A DNA stretch of 64,000 nucleotides from an uncultured Gammaproteobacteria bacterium (GTDB lineage Bacteria > Pseudomonadota > Gammaproteobacteria > DSM-16500), in the NCBI GenBank assembly GCA_963719645.1, contig CAVRCT010000001.1, positions 509,644 through 573,643 of the forward strand. The letters are read 5' to 3'. The notes below the pieces were generated by a model. That model saw only the letters and a program-made list of their open reading frames with translations, did not search any database and had not been told where the DNA came from. Made by a program: the position numbers and the translations under genes. Below are positions 34,535 to 42,877 of this stretch, piece after piece. Each line of letters begins with the position of its first letter. The stretch's first letter is position 1.

Positions 34535-36090
34535 CTGATAATCATCTAGCCGAACTCCTCCCACAACGATTAATCTAACGTTGTTACGGACGTTAATTTA
34601 ATTAGGAGGAATTCATATGCAACTATATGCAGGAATTGATTTACATTCAAATAATAGTTTTTTAGTAGTTATGCAATCAGACAATAAGATTGTCTATGAA
34701 AAGCGCTTACCAAATATTATTGATCGAATCGTAAATGAATTAGATCCTTTTAAGGAAGATTTAGTAGGTGTTGTAGTTGAATCTACATATAACTGGTATT
34801 GGTTAGTAGATGGTTTAAAAGCTGAGGGGCACAAGGTATCTTTGGCAAATACGACCGCCATCCAGCAATACAATGGATTAAAGCAAACTAATGACAAGAC
34901 GGATGCTCGTTGGTTAGCGAAGTTATTGCAGTTAAATATTCTTCCTACAGGATATATTTATCCTAAAGAGAAACGAGGTGTAAGAGATTTGTTACGTAAA
35001 CGTATGCAAATGGTGCAACAACGAACGTTACATCTCCTGAGCTTACAAACATTGATTGAACGTAATACGAGCATACAACTTAAAGCAAATGAAATAAAAA
35101 AACTAACTGAAGAAGACTTGAAAAAATATTTTTCCGATGAAACAATTATTCTTGCAGCAAAAAGTAATTTACTTGTCATGCAGTGTATTGACGAACAAGT
35201 TAATGCAACGGAAAAAGAAGTATTAAAACGAGCACGATTGAGCGAAGTATATGAAAAATTATTAACAGTCGATGGAATAGGAAAAATACTTGCTTTAACC
35301 ATTATGATGGAAACCGGTGAAATAAATAGATTTCGTCAAGTTGGAAATTATGCTTCTTACTGCCGATGCGTAAACAGCAAGAAAATCAGTAATGGGAAAA
35401 AGAAAGGTGAAAATAATCGAAAGAACGGTAACCGATATCTCGCATGGGCTTATGTTGAAGCAGCAAATTTTGCAATTCGATTTAATCCCATTATAAAAAA
35501 GTATTATCAAAAGAAAAAAGCTAAAACAAGTAACGTTGTTGCGATTAAAACAATAGCGCACAAGCTTGCTCGTGCTTGTTTTTATATTTTAAAAGACGGA
35601 GTAAATTTTGATGTAAATAAAAGTTTTTGATAGGGATATCCAGGTTGGCTGGGGCAGCATAACCAGTATTGGGGTTGGTAAAACCATTTGGTCTGATTGG
35701 CTGCTGTCTCATCCATTTAATTGAAGATGAAGTTTAAAAGCTGTTAAACTGAGATGCCTATACCGTGAGCCTATAAGAGGTATGGAACTGGAAACAGTAG
35801 CCAATATGCCTGTGATATTGCATCACTTGGACACGGTATGGCACTTAAGATTTTCTGGGGCATTTTATAATGCCAGGGGTTTGCCATAAGCTTTAGGCTT
35901 GGGCTTATACCTTGATCCTGATGGGTGACTGTTGCAACTCGGTGGCGAGTTGACAACTTAAGACGAAAATTTGGGTGCATGTCCTTTACAGCTATATAAA
36001 ACTTTTAAAAATATCTTCAATAAAAATGCGAAATTAAAAATATTTCGTAGCGGGGCCATTTTTTCTATTGACCGGAGTTCGGCTAATGGG
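34535..36090 (+). mobile_element. IS110-family (IS1111-like) insertion sequence inserted in a family F palindrome
   Basis: Boundaries inferred by comparison with the empty sites at 27257-27332 and 32591-32655. Sub-terminal 12-bp inverted repeats TAGCCGAACTCC (34546-34557) / GGAGTTCGGCTA (36074-36085). Single transposase ORF. Confidence 0.8.
34617..35630 (+). CDS. IS110-family transposase
   Basis: 337 aa. N-terminal MQLYAGIDLHSNN (DEDD-type motif 1) and C-terminal DGIGKILALTIMMETGEINRFRQVGNYASYCR...SNGKKKG are typical of IS110/IS1111 transposases. Confidence 0.93.
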   Translation: MQLYAGIDLHSNNSFLVVMQSDNKIVYEKRLPNIIDRIVNELDPFKEDLVGVVVESTYNWYWLVDGLKAEGHKVSLANTTAIQQYNGLKQTNDKTDARWLAKLLQLNILPTGYIYPKEKRGVRDLLRKRMQMVQQRTLHLLSLQTLIERNTSIQLKANEIKKLTEEDLKKYFSDETIILAAKSNLLVMQCIDEQVNATEKEVLKRARLSEVYEKLLTVDGIGKILALTIMMETGEINRFRQVGNYASYCRCVNSKKISNGKKKGENNRKNGNRYLAWAYVEAANFAIRFNPIIKKYYQKKKAKTSNVVAIKTIAHKLARACFYILKDGVNFDVNKSF

Positions 36091-36204
36091 TGACCCCGTT
36101 TCTCGTTTCTTTTCTAGTCAAAACAGACGGGGTCTAGTATTCATTTGACATTTGTTAAATGCCAAATGAATACTTGAACATCCCTCATTAAATTTCTTTT
36201 GAAA

Positions 36205-36615
36205 TTAAACTTTTGCTTTCGTCATATCGACTTGAATATCAGCAGGATAATCATAAGCTGCGCCATCCGCCATATCTACGCCTGCACCAATGACGCCACC
36301 AAAAAGGATATTACCGAACGCCATACCCTTTGTAGATGAAGCAATGCTTTTCTCACCATGATAATACCCATTTTTGTCACAAGTTATGTGCAAATCATGA
36401 TAACTTCGTTGCACTGTTACACTACCCGGTGTGTTACTTACAAACCACTTACCTTTATTATTTTCTAATGCGCAGGTCGCCCCTTTTGCCATTGGTGTAT
36501 TGACTGAAACAGACTGATTTTGACCATTGACAATAGAAGCACAGCTCATTAATTCTATTACTAATAGGCTCAACGTAAGAACTTGGCTAATTTTTTTTAA
36601 TAATTGTAAAATCAC
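36205..36615 (-). CDS. Small lipoprotein
   Basis: 136 aa. Signal peptide with lipobox-like LMSC (LTLSLLVIELMSCAS), Gly-rich C-terminal segment GNILFGGVIGAGVDMADGAAYDYP. Confidence 0.7.
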   Translation of the reverse strand: MILQLLKKISQVLTLSLLVIELMSCASIVNGQNQSVSVNTPMAKGATCALENNKGKWFVSNTPGSVTVQRSYHDLHITCDKNGYYHGEKSIASSTKGMAFGNILFGGVIGAGVDMADGAAYDYPADIQVDMTKAKV

Positions 36616-36730
36616 AGCCTAACTCCTCTCTTGGTGTAAAAAAGAGGCTATCGTGCCACTATCTGAATATTATGTAAACATTTTATTAGACTGAGTTACA
36701 TTGAGCATGTCCGCCCTTCATTCTCAACAC

Positions 36731-36790
36731 TGACGTTGGGTTGAGCGTCACCTATGTAGCCGGTCTATACACGTCAGCGAAACCCAACAT
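36731..36790. repeat. Family E unit interrupted by a ~25-bp insert
   Basis: TGACGTTGGGTTGAGCGTCA[CCTATGTAGCCGGTCTATACACGTCA]GCGAAACCCAACAT, compared with the uninterrupted GTTGGGTTAAGCGTCAGCGAAACCCAACAT at 15336-15366. Confidence 0.7.
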
Positions 36791-36947
36791 TCCCCTTATC
36801 ATCTTGCTATGCTGAAGCTTCATGCGGGATGGTGATACTATTGGGTTACACTTGCATGTAACCCAATGAACTTTGATAATTTAATAAAACAGATTGAACA
36901 ACTAAATCAGTTGCTCTTAGAATGATTGAAACCAGAGGAAATCATGC

Positions 36948-37598
36948 ATGAATCTCAAAAATACTAACCGCTACTGCGTCCCAACCGATGAAGACTTTGA
37001 ACCAGACTCAAACAACGAAGTCCTAAAAAATTATCTCGGCATTAAATCCGCAAATACCATGGGGGAAGTAGAGGAACAAGAACTCGAACGAACTGAAGAA
37101 GAGCTGTCCAATATATTCGATAACAATCATCAATTCACTGCTGAAGATATTTGTAATATTCATGACTTATGGCTTGGAGATATTTACCCCAGCGCCGGCA
37201 AATATCGCACTGTTACCATGTCAAAAGATAACTTCCCTTTTGCCGCACCTCAACGCATTGAATCATCCATGCAAGAATTTGAAAAAAATTATCTTGCCAA
37301 ATATACTCCCTGCCATCATTCCAACTTAGAGGAGCTCGCTTTTGCCTTAGGTATTGTCCATGTTGAATTGATTGTGATTCACCCATTCCGCGAAGGAAAT
37401 GGTAGAACAGCACGCTTATTGGCAGACTTAATGGTTATGCAGGTTAATATGCCACCATTAAATTTTTACTTGATAGATCAAACAGAAAATACAGAAGGCT
37501 TCAAGCAATATGTATTAGCCATTCACGCAGGAGTAAACGGAGATTATGAGCCTATTCAAAAGATTTTTCGGACGTTGCTAACACAGTCTGCTATTTAG
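36948..37598 (+). CDS. Fic-domain protein (AMPylase-type, Fic/Doc family)
   Basis: 216 aa with canonical Fic motif HPFREGNGRTAR. I found no (S/T)xxxE(G/N) inhibitory motif within the protein itself. Confidence 0.9.
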   Translation: MNLKNTNRYCVPTDEDFEPDSNNEVLKNYLGIKSANTMGEVEEQELERTEEELSNIFDNNHQFTAEDICNIHDLWLGDIYPSAGKYRTVTMSKDNFPFAAPQRIESSMQEFEKNYLAKYTPCHHSNLEELAFALGIVHVELIVIHPFREGNGRTARLLADLMVMQVNMPPLNFYLIDQTENTEGFKQYVLAIHAGVNGDYEPIQKIFRTLLTQSAI

Positions 37599-37773
37599 AG
37601 ACCTTGTAAATCTTCTTATCTCGTCTACGGGGAATTTCGAAACGAACAACATTGACAGGGGCTTTAATTCCTTCTACACCGCACGATGTCCTTACTGACC
37701 GCGAAATTAATTTCTTTCGCATATCTGCATCTCTCAAATAAGGATTTGTTTCAATAAGTGGTTTATTTTTCAT
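37591..37773 (-). CDS. Small ORF with VbhA/YhfG-type SxxxEG motif (candidate Fic antitoxin), convergent with fic
   Basis: 60 aa: MKNKPLIETNPYLRDADMRKKLISRSVRTSCGVEGIKAPVNVVRFEIPRRRDKKIYKVSK. SCGVEG fits the (S/T)xxxE(G/N) inhibitory motif. Its 3' end overlaps the fic 3' end by 8 bp. Confidence 0.4.
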   Translation of the reverse strand: MKNKPLIETNPYLRDADMRKKLISRSVRTSCGVEGIKAPVNVVRFEIPRRRDKKIYKVSK

Positions 37774-37814
37774 GCTTATATTTTAACAGAATAATAAATA
37801 TTTTTCATCGCAAG

Positions 37815-37925
37815 ATGAAACTAATACAACGTAGGGCTTATGGTTTTCGGAACTTTGAAAATTATAGATTACGAGTTAGAGTGCTGTGCTCATAGGCGAA
37901 GTGCCCCCTAAAGTGGGAAAGAGCC
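37815..37925 (+). mobile_element. ISL3-family remnant (last ~26 codons of the transposase plus probable terminal repeat)
   Basis: Own translation MKLIQRRAYGFRNFENYRLRVRVLCS* matches the conserved ISL3 transposase C-terminus (...RAYGFRN.E.F...). Followed by GGCGAAGTGCCCCCTAAAGTGGGAAAGAGCC. Confidence 0.55.
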
Positions 37926-37948
37926 AAAAGAGCCGCTAGAATGCGCCG

Positions 37949-39032
37949 GGGGGCGCATTCTAGCTCCAAATGCGACAATCATTTTTGTACTGCTGTATAA
38001 ACACTTCGTTGGGCGTTTTGTACCCTAAACATTTTCGAGGGCATCGGTTCATTTGAGCAGCCAGTTGATCTAGCTCCTCTTGAGTCATTTTGGCAATTTC
38101 TGTTTCCCTGGGCAAGTAACGTCTCAATCGACCATTCATATTTTCATTACTACCTTTCTGCCAGGGAGAATGTGTTTCACAGTAATAAACTTTACATTTT
38201 ATTTCTTGCTCAAGCGTTCGATAATCAGCAAACTCACAACCTTGATCAAAGGTAATAGTCTTACACATTTTTGCAGGTAGATTTTTAAATTTTATTTTTA
38301 TTTTATCCATCACTCCATGCGAATGTTTGCTGTTATTTTTTATTAAAAAAACTACTCGCGATTTTCGCTCAACAAGTGTTGTTACTACTTTTTCTTTTGT
38401 ACCTTTAAATTCAATTGTGTCGCCTTCCCAGTGACCAAATTTTTTTCGTGTAGCAATTTCTTCAGGACGTTGCGTAATTAAGCGTATTTTTCCATATCTA
38501 CAAGGGCTTTTTTGCCTGCTATAACGTTTTTTCCTCTTTGGTTTCTTGTAGGGTAAACAATGATACAGTTCTTTGTTTTTTGATTGATAGACAAATTGAT
38601 ATATTGTTTCAGGACACACATAAATTGTTAATTTATGAAATTTCATTCGCCCTGAAATTTGTTCAGGACTCCAACCTTTCTGTAAACTTCTCACAACATA
38701 GTCTCGCAGATAAGCATCTTTTTCGGTTTTACTTAATCGTTTCTGCTTCGCTCGCTCTTCTGTCTTTAACTGAGCTGTCCTGGGTAAGTATCCTTCTGCT
38801 TCACTATTCCGATCGAGTTCTCGATACAGCGTTGACCTATGCTTGTCTAATTTTTTAGCAATCTCAGATATTGATAATTTCATTTCAAGAAAAGTGTAAA
38901 AACGACGTCGATCTGTAATCGACAAATGCGTATACTTGCCCATGCGACAGTCTCCTTTGCTATTCAAGTTCCCCAAGAACATGAATATACAGCATTTTTA
39001 GACTGTCGCACTTCTACTTAGAATTTGCCCCC
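37949..39032 (-). mobile_element. IS30-family insertion sequence
   Basis: Imperfect 32-bp terminal inverted repeats GGGGGCGCATTCTAGCTCCAAATGCGACAATC (37949-37980) and the reverse complement of 39001-39032 (GGGGGCAAATTCTAAGTAGAAGTGCGACAGTC). Single transposase ORF. Confidence 0.8.
37960..38982 (-). CDS. IS30-family DDE transposase
   Basis: 340 aa. N-terminal HTH MGKYTHLSITDRRRFYTFLEMKLSISEIAKKLDKHRSTLYRELDRN, DDE region HWEGDTI...TFDQGCEFA...HSPWQKGSNEN. The true start may be the internal MGKY. Confidence 0.93.
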   Translation of the reverse strand: MFLGNLNSKGDCRMGKYTHLSITDRRRFYTFLEMKLSISEIAKKLDKHRSTLYRELDRNSEAEGYLPRTAQLKTEERAKQKRLSKTEKDAYLRDYVVRSLQKGWSPEQISGRMKFHKLTIYVCPETIYQFVYQSKNKELYHCLPYKKPKRKKRYSRQKSPCRYGKIRLITQRPEEIATRKKFGHWEGDTIEFKGTKEKVVTTLVERKSRVVFLIKNNSKHSHGVMDKIKIKFKNLPAKMCKTITFDQGCEFADYRTLEQEIKCKVYYCETHSPWQKGSNENMNGRLRRYLPRETEIAKMTQEELDQLAAQMNRCPRKCLGYKTPNEVFIQQYKNDCRIWS

Positions 39033-39061
39033 AAAAACGTATTACAACCTGTTGATTTTAC

Positions 39062-39106
39062 TGGTGGGCCGTGTTGGGATCGAACCAACGACCTATTGAT
39101 TAAGAG
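39062..39106 (-). other. 45-nt 3' segment of a tRNA-Lys(CUU)-like gene (anticodon loop to CCA), att-site-type remnant and not a functional tRNA
   Basis: Minus strand reads CTCTTAATCAATAGGTCGTTGGTTCGATCCCAACACGGCCCACCA: anticodon loop CUCUUAA, 3' anticodon stem, variable loop, T-arm GTTGG-TTCGATC-CCAAC, acceptor 3' strand and CCA. The sequence 5' of it cannot form the anticodon stem, D-arm or acceptor 5' strand. Confidence 0.65.
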
Positions 39107-39248
39107 ACCTATTCAAACTATATTCTGCAATACATCACAATCAATAATAACAATTAAATCAATCAGTTAGTGAAATTTTAGTGTCGTCATTTATTGGGCG
39201 ATCTTGCTATTTATTATCTCTGAGTGCCCCGCCAGTGCCCCATAAATT

Positions 39249-40298
39249 TCATTTAATTCCATCCAGCAATTTTGCAATTAACTCTGGCGCAGGTAGTTGC
39301 TTTTGCAATTCTTTGGGTAACTGATTAAAAAGCTTATATTCCGCCACTCCAATAGGCTTGCTGGCATCATGAAGCGAGTACTCGACAATTGTTTTACTTT
39401 TGCTCTTACAAAGAATAATACCAATTGAGAAATTTTCATCATTCAACCGCACAGTCTCATCAAGCGCACGCAAATAAAATTGCATCTTACCCACATACTC
39501 AGGCTTAAACTCACCTACCTTTAATTCGATTGCAACCAAACATTTCATGTGCCGGTGGTATAACATAATGTCGATAAAAAACTCTTTGCCATCGACTTCT
39601 AAACGATACTGACTACCGAGGAAAGTAAAAAGACCACCCATTTCTCGCAGGAAAGGCTCTATTTTTAAGAGAATGGCTTCCTCTAGTTGCTTTTCGCTAT
39701 GTTCCTCACCCAGCTCCAGAAAATCAAAGGTATATTCATCTTTTACAGCTAATTTGGCTTGCTGAAGTAATGTGTCAGGGAGAGTTTTATCAAAATTTGT
39801 TTGATTTAATAGCGTCTTTTCATATGATTGATTCTCGATCTGATGAATTAGAACGTTCTTTGTCCAGCCATGTTTTCGGGTCATTCTAATATAAAATTCC
39901 CGCTCCAAATCGTCCTTACACTTCTCCATGATAATAATGTTATGGCTCCATCCAATTTCTCGCACCATTGGTGCGAGTTTTTGATTAGCTCCATAAACGT
40001 CGAAAAATAGCCTCATTCGCCATAGGCTAGCTGCTGAGAAGCCACGAACCCCAGGATAGGATAACTGCAAGTCATGCGCCAATTGTTCTACGATGCTATT
40101 CCCCCACCCTTCGGTTTGCTGTCGTTCGACAACAGCTCGGCCTATATCCCAATACAATGCGATTAATTCTTTGTTAACAGCTTTTAAAGCCTCATACTGC
40201 GCTCCCGCAATCCGAGCTTTAATTGCTCCTAGCAGCTCTGTATATGCAGCATCTTTGACATTCGTTACCATTATCATTCCTAAAATTTTAGTCACCAT
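39249..40298 (-). CDS. DUF1016/YhcG-family PD-(D/E)XK nuclease-domain protein
   Basis: 349 aa. YTELLGAIKARIAGAQYEALKAVNKELIALYWDIGRAVVERQQTEGWGNSIVEQLAHDLQLSYPGVRGFSAASLWRMRLFF is the hallmark YhcG N-terminus. C-terminal ...DIMLYHRHMKCLVAIELKVGEFKPEYVGKMQFYL is the PDDEXK core. Confidence 0.88.
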   Translation of the reverse strand: MVTKILGMIMVTNVKDAAYTELLGAIKARIAGAQYEALKAVNKELIALYWDIGRAVVERQQTEGWGNSIVEQLAHDLQLSYPGVRGFSAASLWRMRLFFDVYGANQKLAPMVREIGWSHNIIIMEKCKDDLEREFYIRMTRKHGWTKNVLIHQIENQSYEKTLLNQTNFDKTLPDTLLQQAKLAVKDEYTFDFLELGEEHSEKQLEEAILLKIEPFLREMGGLFTFLGSQYRLEVDGKEFFIDIMLYHRHMKCLVAIELKVGEFKPEYVGKMQFYLRALDETVRLNDENFSIGIILCKSKSKTIVEYSLHDASKPIGVAEYKLFNQLPKELQKQLPAPELIAKLLDGIK

Positions 40299-40397
40299 TT
40301 ATTTCAAATTGTCAGGTACGATATAGCTATGACAATCTATGGTCAAGTACTGCAAGCACCTAAATTGACTATGATCAACTCTCATAGGAGAAATTTT

Positions 40398-40667
40398 ATG
40401 AAGACTATCCCTTATAAGAACTGCGAGATAAGATCGACTCCTTTCAATGTGGTCAAAGGTCCGTATAAATATTCAGTAAATGGTGTCATTCAGATTAATA
40501 GCAAAAAATTTATTTATGATATTCCAGCAGATTTATTAGGTGTGTCTAATGAAGAATGGTTACATGCTACAGAGGATGAAGCTGATGCGATCTTTATTAA
40601 ATATGCAAAAATTTGGATAAAACAATATCGAAATAGATTAAGAGAAAACTCTGAGAGACCGAACTAA
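40398..40667 (+). CDS. Small hypothetical protein (89 aa)
   Basis: In-frame ATG at 40398 preceded by AGGAG (40386-40390). The track ORF starts earlier at 40329 without an RBS. Confidence 0.5.
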   Translation: MKTIPYKNCEIRSTPFNVVKGPYKYSVNGVIQINSKKFIYDIPADLLGVSNEEWLHATEDEADAIFIKYAKIWIKQYRNRLRENSERPN

Positions 40668-40682
40668 CAAAAGGAGATATTT

Positions 40683-41336
40683 ATGAACTTTACGCCAGAT
40701 CAAAAAGTAAGAATAGTCTCCGCTTGGTTTAATGAAATCGAAGGAACTATTAACGAGCTGGAAAACATATCAACGAACAAATATTATAAAAAAATAGCTG
40801 CGCCAACTCTTTATAGTCTTCTCGAACGAATGGCCTGGTTTCGTTATCGTCAAGAATATTCTGAGTCAAGTAAACGATTTAAAAAACTTCTTTTTACCTA
40901 TTCTAATCTCAATTCTGCACTTGAAAAAATCGATCTAGCTTTTTTGTATCACTGGGATGATTCTGAGCATAGAGAAACACCAAAATATAAAAAAGCTATC
41001 GAAAAAATTCACAAAAAAATTAAAATAGCGCTGAGCGAATTATATGGCACAATCGATACCCATATGGTAAATCGCTTTATTGATCCGAACACTCTTTATC
41101 AAGATTTGATAAGAAAAAATACTCTCCCTGATTGTCTTACACTAGAAAATTTACAGTTATTTAGTGCTTGCGAGGTTATATATAGATTCGGCAGATGTAA
41201 AATGGTTCATCAAGGAGAATTTGTTTCTACTGGCTTTATCGATATTGACCTTCTAATACACCTTACAAAAAACATTGCCAACAATTTAAAAAGTATTTGC
41301 ATAGAAAATAAGAAATTTGCCGATGAACTGGAATAA
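40683..41336 (+). CDS. Hypothetical protein with HEPN-like Rx4H motif near the C-terminus
   Basis: 217 aa, AAGGAG RBS. ACEVIYRFGRCKMVHQGEF resembles the HEPN catalytic helix (..Y..R....H.G). All-helical composition. Weak assignment. Confidence 0.3.
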   Translation: MNFTPDQKVRIVSAWFNEIEGTINELENISTNKYYKKIAAPTLYSLLERMAWFRYRQEYSESSKRFKKLLFTYSNLNSALEKIDLAFLYHWDDSEHRETPKYKKAIEKIHKKIKIALSELYGTIDTHMVNRFIDPNTLYQDLIRKNTLPDCLTLENLQLFSACEVIYRFGRCKMVHQGEFVSTGFIDIDLLIHLTKNIANNLKSICIENKKFADELE

Positions 41337-41589
41337 ACTAAGATAAATAAATTAAACGTGCCTAGGCCATAGCCCTTCAATATGAAATATTATGATTTGT
41401 TTGATAGGAGTCCTGGGCTATCCGCCCAGGCTACGCGCTAAGTTGCATTTGAATTTATTCGGAATAATATAGTCTTAATCTCAGAAACGCAACTTACTGC
41501 TTTCTAAGGGGTGGCTACATTCATAAAGAAACTTATTTATGAGAAATGAATACATATAAAATTAGTACGCTTAAATTTATGGAGATTAC

Positions 41590-42741
41590 ATGTTTAAAAA
41601 TAAAACCTTATTTATACTGGGCGCTGGAGCAAGTCATCCATTTGGCTATCCTTTAGGAAGGCAATTAATTAAGGATATTATAAAAGATATAAAAACTGAC
41701 TCAGTTTATGTACCTATGAGTCCAGAAAAAATAAGGCAATTTCAATTAAATACATATTCAACTTCGATTATCAAATTCAAACTAGATGATTTTATAAGTG
41801 AACTAAAAATAATTATTCAAAGTGATTTCAATAAAGACGGTCAGCAAGCTCTCGTAAATCTAATTTCATTCAAAGGTAAAACATACGCTAAAATCCCTCT
41901 TAGACAAATAGAAGAGCTTATTAATTTGATGAGTGCACTGGAGCAATTTGATCCTGTTTCAATCGATTCATTTCTTAATAATCACAAATCACATTCTCTC
42001 GCTGGAAAAATAATGATTGTTTATACATTGTTAAAATGTGAAGACAAATCAGAATTCGAGCTTTATGCTAAAAGTAATGACAATTGGTATAGTTACCTTA
42101 TAGGCGATATTTTATCCGGTTGTAACGAAGCAAAAGATATATTAGGGAACAACCTTGATTTTATCTCATTCAACTATGATTTAAGCCTAGATTACTGTCT
42201 TTTAAAAAAACTTTCCAATGTTGAAATCCTCAAGGATGATCGAGACGCACAAGGTTATATTAATCAACTTGTAACACAAAAAATAAAACATGTTTACGGG
42301 AAATTGTATGATGATAAATTAATTGATAGATATAGCATGTACCAATCAACTCCATCGAATCAGACCACCTCAATGCAAACGGAACGTTTTTTGAAAGCAA
42401 TTGAATCAAGAGATTTAATTAAATTAATTAATGAAGAAAGGTTAAGTGGCGATACAGAAGTATATGCTTCTCTGATTAAAGAAGCCGAAAAGGTTATAAT
42501 CATTGGATTTGGTTTTGATAGAGACAACCTAAATATATTGGGTTTCCCCAGCCAATTATCAGACTATGCTAATGTTTTACACTCCAAAAAAATACTTTAC
42601 ATGGATTACGAAGGAAAAATGAAATCTCTTTCAGCGCAGTTTGAAGAGCTAAATATAAGATGCAACGCTTATGTAACGCGATCTGTCTCAACATCAATTA
42701 TTGACGCATATCAAAACGATTTCAAAATTTACTTATATTAG
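41590..42741 (+). CDS. SIR2-like (SIR2_2 type) protein, candidate NAD-consuming defence effector
   Basis: 383 aa, GGAG RBS. N-terminal LFILGAGASHPFGYPLGRQL (the GAGxS...P....L dinucleotide-binding start of defence SIR2 proteins), FISFNYDLSLDY (compare TTNYD), IKHVYGKL (compare KLHG), VIIIGFGFDRDNLNIL (compare the GYS..D motif). Confidence 0.5.
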   Translation: MFKNKTLFILGAGASHPFGYPLGRQLIKDIIKDIKTDSVYVPMSPEKIRQFQLNTYSTSIIKFKLDDFISELKIIIQSDFNKDGQQALVNLISFKGKTYAKIPLRQIEELINLMSALEQFDPVSIDSFLNNHKSHSLAGKIMIVYTLLKCEDKSEFELYAKSNDNWYSYLIGDILSGCNEAKDILGNNLDFISFNYDLSLDYCLLKKLSNVEILKDDRDAQGYINQLVTQKIKHVYGKLYDDKLIDRYSMYQSTPSNQTTSMQTERFLKAIESRDLIKLINEERLSGDTEVYASLIKEAEKVIIIGFGFDRDNLNILGFPSQLSDYANVLHSKKILYMDYEGKMKSLSAQFEELNIRCNAYVTRSVSTSIIDAYQNDFKIYLY

Positions 42742-42877
42742 TAAAAACCAAAAGAAAAGGTTATCTTGAAAAATGTAAAAATGGTGACTTACATATTTTC
42801 GCCTATATACCAAGCCAGACCTTGCTCAATGATGCGCATCATCGAACGGTAACCGTTCCGCAATCCACACCAATCAG

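Noticed and set aside
39062-39140. Possible complete tRNA gene on the minus strand.
   Set aside because: Only the anticodon loop, 3' anticodon stem, variable loop, T-arm and acceptor 3' strand are present. The 5' adjacent bases (…TGAATAGGT) cannot pair with TCAAT or form a D-arm or acceptor stem. Recorded as an att-type fragment instead.
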